From an uncultured bacterium (GTDB lineage: Bacteria; Patescibacteriota; Saccharimonadia; Saccharimonadales; 2-12-FULL-41-12): a stretch of DNA of 64,000 nt. Below, in pieces: positions 47,405 to 55,970 of this stretch. The notes under the pieces are model-generated. The model was not told the origin of the DNA. It searched no databases and worked only from the letters and a program-made list of their open reading frames with translations. Location of the stretch: contig CAWIAU010000001.1 in the NCBI GenBank assembly GCA_963834265.1, positions 7,572 to 71,571 of the forward strand, written 5' to 3'. Both the position numbers and the translations under genes were made by a program. Numbering within the stretch: position 1 is the first letter of the stretch; each line of letters begins with the position of its first letter.

Positions 47405-47800
47405 TCAACTGATTTCCAGTCGACGAAGCCAAAACCATAGCAATGCACCTATACCCGCCAGAAATAAACATATGCCTGCCAGTAAAGTCTTTGATGTACC
47501 CCCGGCTGTATCGGGCGGAATGGCTTTATCCGGTTGTTTATCCATCTGTCCGCTGCCTGTATTGGCAGACAGTCCCGCATCATTCAGTAATTTTTGATTC
47601 GATTGATCGAGCAAACTACCTTTGCTACTATCGCCAAATATTTGCGGATCTGAGCCCTGTAAGCCTGCCGGCGCCTGCTGTAACCCGCCCCCGCCTGATT
47701 GTAGCAAACTGCCCTGCGCGGTATTGCCAACCTGCTGAGCCTGAGCAGCCGCGGGCAGCATTAAAGCCAGCAGGAATATAAATGCAGCAACGCGCTTCAT
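47405..47800 (-). CDS. secreted Gly/Gln/Ser-rich protein with C-terminal TM anchor
   Basis: The start is set at the ATG at 47800 (MKRVAAFIFLLALMLPAAAQA|QQ), which gives a canonical signal peptide. The track start at 47815 is a GTG inside a hairpin. Confidence 0.6.
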   Translation of the reverse strand: MKRVAAFIFLLALMLPAAAQAQQVGNTAQGSLLQSGGGGLQQAPAGLQGSDPQIFGDSSKGSLLDQSNQKLLNDAGLSANTGSGQMDKQPDKAIPPDTAGGTSKTLLAGICLFLAGIGALLWFWLRRLEIS

Positions 47801-47867
47801 CCCGTTAGAGTTCACTCAGATTTACCATTCGAAAAATTTACATACGTTTTTTGAACTCTAACGGGAT
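47799..47867 (-). promoter_or_regulatory. 16-bp perfect hairpin enclosing the translation start region of 47405-47800
   Basis: ATCCCGTTAGAGTTCA (47799-47814) pairs with TGAACTCTAACGGGAT (47852-47867), with a 37-nt loop. The proximal arm ends within the ATG. Confidence 0.5.
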
Positions 47868-47906
47868 TCATGTCTCTAATCATACCAGTTATGCGTAATG
47901 CGGGTG

Positions 47907-49676
47907 TTACAGACCGCCGTAGCCACCGCCGTAGCCCAGGAACCGTATTGACGGCTTATGGTAATCGGTAACTTTGAGGTACGTTGCATTCCCGCCAATC
48001 TCCCTGGGAGCTACATAGAGTTCGCTGCCCTCACTGGATATCAGGATATATTCATCGCTGTACCAGCCATACGGGTTATACTTGGTGGTTTGATCCAGTA
48101 ATTTTCCTTCCTCACCGGCTTTATTACCCAGAAACAATGCGCTCTTACCATCGCGGGGTTCGCTCCAAAGAGTATAGTTGCCACTGGGAGACAAAAGATA
48201 TGTCGGATACTCACCCGTGAACTTCTCGCTCTCATTTGCAGCGTCTTTGATAGCGTTGTCCTCATACTCCAGATAGTTTTGCTTTCCATCGGTATAGTAT
48301 GAGAAATAGACTTCATTCGGTTTGTAGAGCAGCTGCTGGACGTATATGTTGGCTGGCAGGGATTTTACGTCTTTTTTGCCGGAACCATCGTAGTTAATAG
48401 CATTGATAGTTACTGCTTTGCTATCCAATGCAATACCATAGCCACCCTGCCATTGTTTGACATAAATGATGTTCTGGTCAAGCAGACTAACTCCGGATGC
48501 AATTTCCTGAGCAACTCCGCCTTCGCCGGTTGTTTCGTCAATTGTCTGTAGTTTTCCGGTTGACGCATGGAAGACTTTCAGAGCCTGACGTTTGGGCTGA
48601 CCGACAGGCACCTGATTACGCGTAACCGTATACACAAAGTCCTGATCGTGCCATCCTGACAGAGCGAAACTGGCATCCCCTTCATCAAAGGCCGTCAATT
48701 TGTCATTTGATGTGTCGAGCAGATACAGCTTGGGCTGCGGGCTGTCGCGCCGGGACTGTAGCACCAGATATTTCCAGTCGCGGGTCGCAAGCAGAACCGT
48801 ATTGCCCTCTTCTTCCCTGCCAGTCCCCGGCAGTACAGTCTGGCGATCAGTACCGTCAAGATTGGTTTTGACGACATCTATCTTGCCGGTACGTTTAGAC
48901 AGGAAATACAATTTGCCACTCGCCGTGAGGCTAAACTTATTATCCTTATCTCCGGGGTTTTCAGCTACGATATCCACCGTAGCCGTATTGAAGCCCTGTC
49001 GTGACAATTCGGCTTTTTGATCTTTGCCGCCCGCAGGCAGAACGATAGTTGCCAGGCCTTTTTCGTCAGTCTTTGCTTCGCTGTCGCCGGCTTTTATAGC
49101 CACGGCCGTGAGACTTTTACCCGAAATTTTATCCGTTACCGTAATTTCCACTTGGCGCCCTGTTGCCTCAAGCTTCGTCTGCAAAGGTTCTTTCTTAGAT
49201 TTAACTCCAACCGTTATTGACTGACTGTACTCTTTGTAATAATTCTTTTTTATCTGAAGATTGGCTTTACCCACCTTGACTACTGATAAGTTAGCTTTGC
49301 CTTCTCCATCGGTTCTGGCTGTTTTGCTTCTGATCGTTACATCGGCACCACTAACCGGCTTATTCGTCTTACTGTCCAGTACTACTACCGGCACATCCTG
49401 ACTCAGAAATGTACCGAGTACCAGATACCGCGTAACAGGAACTGCCAGTAATATACTAATAACAGCCAGAACAGTCAGTGGAATGGTCAGCTTCTTTTTG
49501 GCAAGATATCTGACCCACAATCTCTTTAGCCGGCCGGGCTCTTTATCTGATGTATTTACGGGAATCTCCGGAGTTATTTCAGTATTTTCTGTCACTGCAC
49601 TTTGGTCCGTATTTAAGTTTTTGTTCTGCTCTGTCTCTGTTGTTTCTGAGTTTTCATCAGAAGTATCATTCTTCAT
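47907..49676 (-). CDS. membrane-anchored protein: disordered tail, TM, CarboxypepD_reg-like domain, TolB/PD40-like beta-propeller (paralogue of 44942-47110)
   Basis: 589 aa; VVVLDSKTNKPVSGADVTIRSKTARTDGEGKANL; YFLSKRTGKIDVVKTNLDGTDRQTVL; ends GYGGGYGGL. Confidence 0.8.
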   Translation of the reverse strand: MKNDTSDENSETTETEQNKNLNTDQSAVTENTEITPEIPVNTSDKEPGRLKRLWVRYLAKKKLTIPLTVLAVISILLAVPVTRYLVLGTFLSQDVPVVVLDSKTNKPVSGADVTIRSKTARTDGEGKANLSVVKVGKANLQIKKNYYKEYSQSITVGVKSKKEPLQTKLEATGRQVEITVTDKISGKSLTAVAIKAGDSEAKTDEKGLATIVLPAGGKDQKAELSRQGFNTATVDIVAENPGDKDNKFSLTASGKLYFLSKRTGKIDVVKTNLDGTDRQTVLPGTGREEEGNTVLLATRDWKYLVLQSRRDSPQPKLYLLDTSNDKLTAFDEGDASFALSGWHDQDFVYTVTRNQVPVGQPKRQALKVFHASTGKLQTIDETTGEGGVAQEIASGVSLLDQNIIYVKQWQGGYGIALDSKAVTINAINYDGSGKKDVKSLPANIYVQQLLYKPNEVYFSYYTDGKQNYLEYEDNAIKDAANESEKFTGEYPTYLLSPSGNYTLWSEPRDGKSALFLGNKAGEEGKLLDQTTKYNPYGWYSDEYILISSEGSELYVAPREIGGNATYLKVTDYHKPSIRFLGYGGGYGGL

Positions 49677-49732
49677 AAGTTGCCCCTTTGACTCTTAGAA
49701 TAATTTCAAAAAGCAATTAACACAAGCAATTT

Positions 49733-50140
49733 CTAACTCCGAGCATACAGATTTTTTATCATAACTCCTGCTTTGAATTCTATCAGCACATAGAAAAGTA
49801 GGCAGATAACAAAAATGTACACTGCAAAACCGTATTCGGCAAAGCGCCAGTTATCAATAGTTAGAAGCGTAATGCCAGATCCAAAAATAGCGTTTCTAAA
49901 AATGACACTGTTTTCAGTTTCGGGAAAATTAAACGACTTAAAAATTGTTGGTATCGACGCTAAAAGATCTGCTGCTATTGCTAGTATAAGAGCAGCCAAG
50001 CCAGTTCCCGTCACTATCCAAAGTATGATAGCGGCTATTGATAAAGTTCCGCAGATTATATCGATCTTACTGATTTTCCAATACGCTTTTTTATTTTTAA
50101 AGGAAGCAAGGAATACCATCAGGGGACCCAATCCAGCCAC
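49733..50140 (-). CDS. small polytopic membrane protein, possibly 5'-truncated
   Basis: 135 aa from a GTG start. The frame stays open for about 45 further codons upstream (..ITWLLWAIIAFIAFAAQIGEGVGWQAILTF) without a standard start codon. Confidence 0.45.
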   Translation of the reverse strand: MAGLGPLMVFLASFKNKKAYWKISKIDIICGTLSIAAIILWIVTGTGLAALILAIAADLLASIPTIFKSFNFPETENSVIFRNAIFGSGITLLTIDNWRFAEYGFAVYIFVICLLFYVLIEFKAGVMIKNLYARS

Positions 50141-50349
50141 AAATGTCAGAATCGCTTGCCACCCTACCCCCTCACCAATCTGAGCAGCGAATGCTATAAA
50201 AGCAATGATAGCCCATAATAACCAAGTAATCCTGTTGGGACGTGATATGCCTTTAACAGTGCTAGTACGTAGCTAATCTGTCCAAGTACATATATAAATG
50301 GCACTAAAAAAGGAATTTTTCGCTAATCATACCTGAAAATAGATCTTCA

Positions 50350-51375
50350 TCATCTCAATACCCTTATTTTCTGGAAGTTTTTGCCAATAAGACCGGGGAT
50401 AGTAATATTCTCCACCTCGAACTCGGCTGATCCCAGCTGCTTGGGCGTCAAAACTAGTTCATGGTAATTATTGCCTGATTTCTCCAGCGCTCCGACGCCG
50501 ACCCAGAATTTAGCATAAGAGCGCTTGGTACTGCCCGTAGCTATCCAGCCGGAATAACTTGTCGAACAGGCTCTGATAATAGATGGGTCATTGTAATACT
50601 CTTGATTGCCTCTGGTATCGTTTAGCGCAGAAAGTCGTAACTCAACTTTTTCGCGCCACTGAGGGTCTTTGTCCTGCCCTGGCAATAATCTTACGTTGAG
50701 TTCGGTTGCAATTTTTTCTTTTTCACTCATTCGTGGCAGCTCCCCTCCATTTTGATCAAGCAATTTGGTCATCTTGTCCTCAATGTCAGCCAGAAAATCT
50801 CTGTAACTTTCGTATTTTTCTCCCAGACGAGTGTAGGTGAGCTTTACATCGTCAGGCATATGAGGCTGAAGAAATTTTATTAACCGGCAAAAGGTATCGG
50901 TGTAACGATCTACTTCCGCCAGACTTACGTTGTTCATTTTATCAACCGCAATACCTTCTGAATAAAAATCCAGAATAATTCCATATGGGTAGACTTGCAG
51001 TATATACTTTGCCCATTCTGTTAAATAAAAAACCGTAAATAGTTCCGCCCAATCTATTTCCGGCGATTCATCAAGCCGCCAAAGTTTATTACCACCAAAG
51101 TTAGTGCTAAGAACAACAGGCTGCTTGTTTTTGACGGCTGTTTTCACGCCACGTCTGGCAATTTTTTGAGTCTCTTCGTCAGCTGCAACTTTACGAAACT
51201 TCTTAGACATTAGACGACCATAGGTCATTTCTTCCAGTTGGTCGTCATGAACATCAACCCGCTCAGACATTTCTTTAAGTCCGTTAATTCGACTATTTAC
51301 GTGGTGTTCTGCAGTCATAATATGGAGATGCGGGGCCGGCATTACTCGGCCGTAGATAGCTTTGCAAGCTACCAC
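50350..51375 (-). CDS. hypothetical cytoplasmic protein, downstream of and co-oriented with aspS
   Basis: 341-aa ORF with no signal peptide or TM helix; 38-nt gap after aspS. The true start may be an internal Met (MTAEHH...). No motif securely recognised. Confidence 0.6.
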   Translation of the reverse strand: MVACKAIYGRVMPAPHLHIMTAEHHVNSRINGLKEMSERVDVHDDQLEEMTYGRLMSKKFRKVAADEETQKIARRGVKTAVKNKQPVVLSTNFGGNKLWRLDESPEIDWAELFTVFYLTEWAKYILQVYPYGIILDFYSEGIAVDKMNNVSLAEVDRYTDTFCRLIKFLQPHMPDDVKLTYTRLGEKYESYRDFLADIEDKMTKLLDQNGGELPRMSEKEKIATELNVRLLPGQDKDPQWREKVELRLSALNDTRGNQEYYNDPSIIRACSTSYSGWIATGSTKRSYAKFWVGVGALEKSGNNYHELVLTPKQLGSAEFEVENITIPGLIGKNFQKIRVLR

Positions 51376-51413
51376 CTATTCTCGGTCACCGCATCATGTT
51401 TATTGTAGCAAAG

Positions 51414-52724
51414 TCAGGGAGCCAGGCGGTTGATGTCTCGGGGGAAGAGTGTAGCTTCTTTGATGTTCTTCAAACCAACAGTTTTTTGCACCAGCCGGTC
51501 AATACCGTAGCCGCAGCCGCCATGCTGTGGCAGACCGAATTTCATAGCCTGCAGGAAATATTTGTAACCGGGATGTTCAATATCCATACCGGCTGCTTTC
51601 ATTTGTTCAACCAGTTTATCGTAGCGATGTTCTCGCAGCGGTACGGTTGCGATCTCCAGCCCCCTGAACAACAAATCCCCCCAAAGTACTGTCTTAGGAT
51701 CGTTCGGATTAACATGATGGTAGAATTTCATGGCTTCAATCGGGAAATTTGTCGCATATACCAGGTCGGAGCCAAGTTCCTTGCGGGCATAGTCACAAAT
51801 CCAGCGCTCCTCATCCGGTATTAAATCCTTTTCGTCGGTTGTGTCAGTCTTGGTAGCTTTGGTATACATTTCGTGAATTTCAGCAACTGTAAATTTCGGT
51901 ACTATGTCTGTGGTAACTAACTCCGGAGCTTGAAGCGACTTCAGATCAGCTGCGTGATCATTATATACCCTTTTGAGCGCATCAATGGTCATACTGCCGA
52001 CCGTATCGAGCACTTCATCGTGGTCGACGACAAATCCCATCTCGATATCCAGCATCATGACTTCGCTCATATGTCTGGTGGTGGCGCTGGGTTCAGCACG
52101 GAAAGCCGGTGCGATCTCAAATACCCGCTCGAAAGCACCGACCATCATTTGCTTGTACAACTGAGGACTCTGCGCCAACGTGGCTTCCTGGCCAAAATAA
52201 TCCAGTTTAAAGACTTCAGCACCGCCCTCTGTAGCCCCGGCCAGCAATTTCGGTGTCTGTATTTCGACAAATTCATTCTTTGTCAGATACTCACGTATAT
52301 AGCGCAACAGGCTGGCCCGGATTTTGAAAACTTTTTGCTCCTGCAGATTGCGTAGACTCAGCGCGCGGTATTCAAACAACGTATCCAGGTTTTCAGGCTT
52401 GTGATCAATGGGTTTGTCGATTTCGATCGGGGGTTCATCAGTGACCGGCACCAGAATCGTAAGTTTGGGATCATGAATTTCAGCTCCACCAGGTGCTCGC
52501 TCGTCCTCAAAGACCATACCTGCAACTTCCAGTACCGTTCCTATATGCAGGCCGCGAAGTTTCTCAACTTCGGATTTATCCTGCACCAATACCTGCACCA
52601 GACCACGTCGATCCCGAACGTTTATGAATGTCAGCCCACCCAGCAGGCGTTTCTTATGGAGCCAGCCCTGGATTTTTATTTCTTTACCGATATGTTCTTT
52701 TACGTCTGAACTCAGAATTCTCAT
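51414..52724 (-). CDS. aspS: aspartate--tRNA ligase, archaeal/type-2 form
   Basis: 436 aa with an N-terminal OB fold (IKIQGWLHKKRLLGGLTFINVRD), motif 2 FRAEPSATTRHMSEVMMLDIEM and motif 3 GGCGYGIDRLV. Confidence 0.85.
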   Translation of the reverse strand: MRILSSDVKEHIGKEIKIQGWLHKKRLLGGLTFINVRDRRGLVQVLVQDKSEVEKLRGLHIGTVLEVAGMVFEDERAPGGAEIHDPKLTILVPVTDEPPIEIDKPIDHKPENLDTLFEYRALSLRNLQEQKVFKIRASLLRYIREYLTKNEFVEIQTPKLLAGATEGGAEVFKLDYFGQEATLAQSPQLYKQMMVGAFERVFEIAPAFRAEPSATTRHMSEVMMLDIEMGFVVDHDEVLDTVGSMTIDALKRVYNDHAADLKSLQAPELVTTDIVPKFTVAEIHEMYTKATKTDTTDEKDLIPDEERWICDYARKELGSDLVYATNFPIEAMKFYHHVNPNDPKTVLWGDLLFRGLEIATVPLREHRYDKLVEQMKAAGMDIEHPGYKYFLQAMKFGLPQHGGCGYGIDRLVQKTVGLKNIKEATLFPRDINRLAP

Positions 52725-52862
52725 AATTTCACCTCTGTATTACTTGTTTTGTTGACAGACCTCTGGCATGGACCTCTAGCTGTATGAACGCTCAGTTTGA
52801 AACGAACATACATCGGTCCTCAGATTTGAATCAGGATAATTCTTTAGTCTCATTTATATTTG

Positions 52863-52871
52863 ATTATAGCA
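52863..52871 (-). promoter_or_regulatory. extended -10 (TGCTATAAT) candidate promoter for aspS
   Basis: Minus-strand TGCTATAAT lies about 140 nt upstream of the aspS ATG, and the -35 is weak. Confidence 0.35.
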
Positions 52872-52899
52872 TCTTTAAGGTACTTGTTGTGACTTCTTA

Positions 52900-52928
52900 T
52901 TGACATTTTGTATATTATTTGCTATGAT
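52900..52928 (+). promoter_or_regulatory. near-consensus promoter driving element E3 and the S8 protease gene
   Basis: TTGACA (52900-05), a 17-nt spacer ending in TGc, then TATGAT (52923-28). The predicted start lies a few nt before the E3 outer stem. Confidence 0.6.
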
Positions 52929-52940
52929 AAGTATTAAGGT

Positions 52941-53103
52941 TAACTTACCTTACGCAAATCGCTGGCTTCCACGATGAATCAGCTCGAGCGAAAATTGTTT
53001 TCTCTGAACGAGACGTAGCCATAGCTACATTGAAAGAAGAAAAACAATTTGCAGCCGAAATTATTCGTACTGGGGGCGCAGGAAGTTTGCGTAAGGTAAG
53101 TTA
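52941..53103 (+). ncRNA. candidate structured RNA / 5' leader element E3
   Basis: 18-bp perfect outer stem (52941-58 / 53086-103), an inner stem AAATTGTTTT.../...AAAACAATTT and an apical GTAGC-CATA-GCTAC (53015-28). It ends 11 nt before the protease ATG. Confidence 0.5.
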
Positions 53104-53114
53104 CTAAAATAAAA

Positions 53115-54890
53115 ATGAATAAACTACAAAAAATTATTTCCCTTATGTGCATGCTGGCACTTATCGCCAGTCCTTTCTCTGTGATTGCACCGTCTCAACC
53201 TCACAGCTTCAAAGCACATGAATCCGGTGATAATAACCCCCCGCGACAAAACTCATCTAAGCCTGCAGCTATTGCCGATAACAAATCTACTCCTAAGCAC
53301 TCTGATCCGTCGCCTGCAACCACCAGTACCGGACAGCCATCAAACTCTCAAGCCAACCTTTCAGACGGGGCAGTCGTAGAAAAAGACCGTATCCTGACCC
53401 GCGACGGCCGGATTTTTCCGATTCGTCAGTATAAACCTACGCTAAGCCCCAACGACACTTACGCAAATCAGTGGTGGGCAGCTACGAATGGCATGAACGC
53501 TGTATGGGATATGTCTTTTGGTGCCCGCCAGACCAAAGTAGCAATTATCGATACCGGCTTCGCGCTGAATCATCAGGAATTTGCCAATCGCTGGGCTATA
53601 AACTCCGGCGAAAGTGGCAGCACATCCAATCAGGGGGCCAGCAAACTTAACTGCACAGACCAGGCATTGGCACTCAACAAATCCTGCAACAATATAGATG
53701 ATAACTTCGACGGTATAGTCGATAACGAATTCGGCGCTGTATCGCGCCAGAATCCATCATTTCTGAATTGCACAGACCAGGCCAGAAGCTTAGACAGGTC
53801 ATGCAACCGTCTCGATGATGATAAAAATGGCCTGGTTGACGACTACCGTGGCTGGGACTTTGCCAGCTTCGATAACAGTTCGCAGGCCGGACAAACCAAT
53901 CCGGACGGCAGCGGCACTACTCATGGCACTATGGTAGCCGGAGTCCTGGGCGCTACAGGCAATAACGGCATTGGTCTGGCCGGAGTCAACTGGTACAGCA
54001 CTATCCTGCCTATCCAGGCTCTTAATGACGATAGCTATGGTGACAGCTATACTGTCGGCGAATCGATTTATTACGCAGCCGATCAGGGAGCTGATGTTAT
54101 CAGTATCAGTCTGGGAACCTCTGCCGATGATCCTTATCTGCGCCTGGCAATTCGCTATGCCATGGACAAAGGCGCCATCGTGGTAGCTGCCAGCGGCAAT
54201 GATGGCTGCAACTGCATATCCTATCCGGCCAACTATCCCGAAGTCATTGCCGTCGGTGCCATCGACAGCAGTAATAATCCTGCCGGTTTCAGCAACTACG
54301 GCTCCCGACTCGATGTACTAGCCCCCGGTGCGGGGATAACTACCAGCACCTGGACCAAAACTAATCAGGGCAGTGCATACGCAGCCAATGCGGCCGGTAC
54401 ATCATTCGCCACACCATTTGTCAGTGGATTACTCGGTCTTGCGCGCAGTTATCAGCCTGATGCGACGTGGGAAGAAATTGTTGGCGCAATGCTGGAGAAC
54501 AGCGATCGTCGTTCTCTTACCGCCAGCACACCACGCAACGACCAGCTGGGCTATGGAGTAACCCGCGCCAGCACGATGCTTGCGCGTCTCAAGACACCGG
54601 CTCAACCCGTGCAACGATATCAGCTGGGTGGCGCACCTGTCTTCGGTTCTGCGCGTACATATCAATGTGAAAACACATTGCCTGCCAGCATGCTCTACGA
54701 ACTCACTATTCAGGGCCAGCTACGTTACACAGCCAGTCCCTTCGAAAATTATAATGCAACGCTGCAGGGCTGGACTTCACGCGAAACTTTCTATACCTGC
54801 ATTGGCCTGCCAACCGACCAGCCCGGCACATTACGTATGATCAATCTGCCCGCCGAGATCAAAAACAATCCTCTGAATACGAAGTTCTAA
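53115..54890 (+). CDS. secreted subtilisin-like (S8) serine protease
   Basis: Signal peptide. Catalytic triad contexts VAIIDTGF (Asp), HGTMVAGV (His) and GTSFATPFVSG (Ser). A duplicated Cys-containing insert lies between Asp and His. Confidence 0.9.
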   Translation: MNKLQKIISLMCMLALIASPFSVIAPSQPHSFKAHESGDNNPPRQNSSKPAAIADNKSTPKHSDPSPATTSTGQPSNSQANLSDGAVVEKDRILTRDGRIFPIRQYKPTLSPNDTYANQWWAATNGMNAVWDMSFGARQTKVAIIDTGFALNHQEFANRWAINSGESGSTSNQGASKLNCTDQALALNKSCNNIDDNFDGIVDNEFGAVSRQNPSFLNCTDQARSLDRSCNRLDDDKNGLVDDYRGWDFASFDNSSQAGQTNPDGSGTTHGTMVAGVLGATGNNGIGLAGVNWYSTILPIQALNDDSYGDSYTVGESIYYAADQGADVISISLGTSADDPYLRLAIRYAMDKGAIVVAASGNDGCNCISYPANYPEVIAVGAIDSSNNPAGFSNYGSRLDVLAPGAGITTSTWTKTNQGSAYAANAAGTSFATPFVSGLLGLARSYQPDATWEEIVGAMLENSDRRSLTASTPRNDQLGYGVTRASTMLARLKTPAQPVQRYQLGGAPVFGSARTYQCENTLPASMLYELTIQGQLRYTASPFENYNATLQGWTSRETFYTCIGLPTDQPGTLRMINLPAEIKNNPLNTKF

Positions 54891-55900
54891 ACATTCTCCA
54901 GGTCGTCGCGTCTGGCTTCCAGCGTTGCTACTGCCCGCAGGTCCGCATGCTGATCGAACTCATCGACGATTTCGTGGCCGATTATCTGCTCAATGACGTC
55001 TTCAATAGTTATCAGACCGACAATTTCTTCGAACTCGTTGACGACCATGAATATATGATGCTTCGTCTTAATAAAGGCCGATAGCACATGCTCCAGCGGA
55101 CGCTCCTGATTGACGTAATAAACCGCCGGCTTCATGATATTTTTGACGATACCGCTTTTTTTGTATTCCACCAGATCACGCAAATATAGTGTGCCGATAA
55201 TCTGATCCGGCTCGTCACCTGTTACCGGGAAGCGCGAGAAGCCTGTGTCGTGCAGTTCGCTCGTCAGAATTGGCCCGACAGGTTCGTCACCGCCGACAAA
55301 CCGGATCTGGCGCCGCGGCGTCATGATATCTTTGACTGTCTTATCTCCAAACTCCAGTGCGTGCAACGCGATATCCAGCTCATTCTGTTCAATTCGATTG
55401 TTTCCGGCCACCTTCTGGCGTTTGAATAGCTCGATCAGATCGGCCTTATCATAGAGACCGGTATGGATAGTCACAGGGCGGCGGGAACGAATTAATGCTA
55501 TGATCCGATTCGAGCCGGGCCCCAGCACACTAAGCAGTTTCGAAAGCCACGGAGCAAGCCTGGCGGCTATAGCCTTACTCAGCCTGCCACTACCTGTGAC
55601 AGGAATCATGACAAACACCACTAAGATCAGACAAAAGGCGAATATAATTGCAAAGTAAGAAGGAATTGCATGGGCGGCAATCACGATAGCTAACGATGTC
55701 CATAGCCCGCTCAGCGCCCATATAACCGCATCTGTTGTCAGGCCATGCTGAGCAACCTGATGAAGTAACCCTGCCATGGTGTCGCCATTCCGCGCCCGTC
55801 GCCTGAGTTCTTTGGGGGGGGCCTGTCTGTATACTTTGCCGATACTGCTTGAAACTATTGCGAGCCCTGCCGTAATCAATAAAAAAAACCATTCCGTCAT
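54887..55900 (-). CDS. DUF21 + CBS-pair membrane protein (CorC/TlyC hemolysin-like family)
   Basis: The start is trimmed to the ATG at 55900 (MTEWFFLLITAGLAIV), because the longer track ORF overlaps the dsbA-like gene. Four TM helices, then two CBS motifs. Confidence 0.8.
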   Translation of the reverse strand: MTEWFFLLITAGLAIVSSSIGKVYRQAPPKELRRRARNGDTMAGLLHQVAQHGLTTDAVIWALSGLWTSLAIVIAAHAIPSYFAIIFAFCLILVVFVMIPVTGSGRLSKAIAARLAPWLSKLLSVLGPGSNRIIALIRSRRPVTIHTGLYDKADLIELFKRQKVAGNNRIEQNELDIALHALEFGDKTVKDIMTPRRQIRFVGGDEPVGPILTSELHDTGFSRFPVTGDEPDQIIGTLYLRDLVEYKKSGIVKNIMKPAVYYVNQERPLEHVLSAFIKTKHHIFMVVNEFEEIVGLITIEDVIEQIIGHEIVDEFDQHADLRAVATLEARRDDLENV

Positions 55901-55970
55901 AACTATATTTATACCACTTTTGCGTGCGGGTGATATGATGGATAGATAAGAAAAGGGACGAGAATAATAC

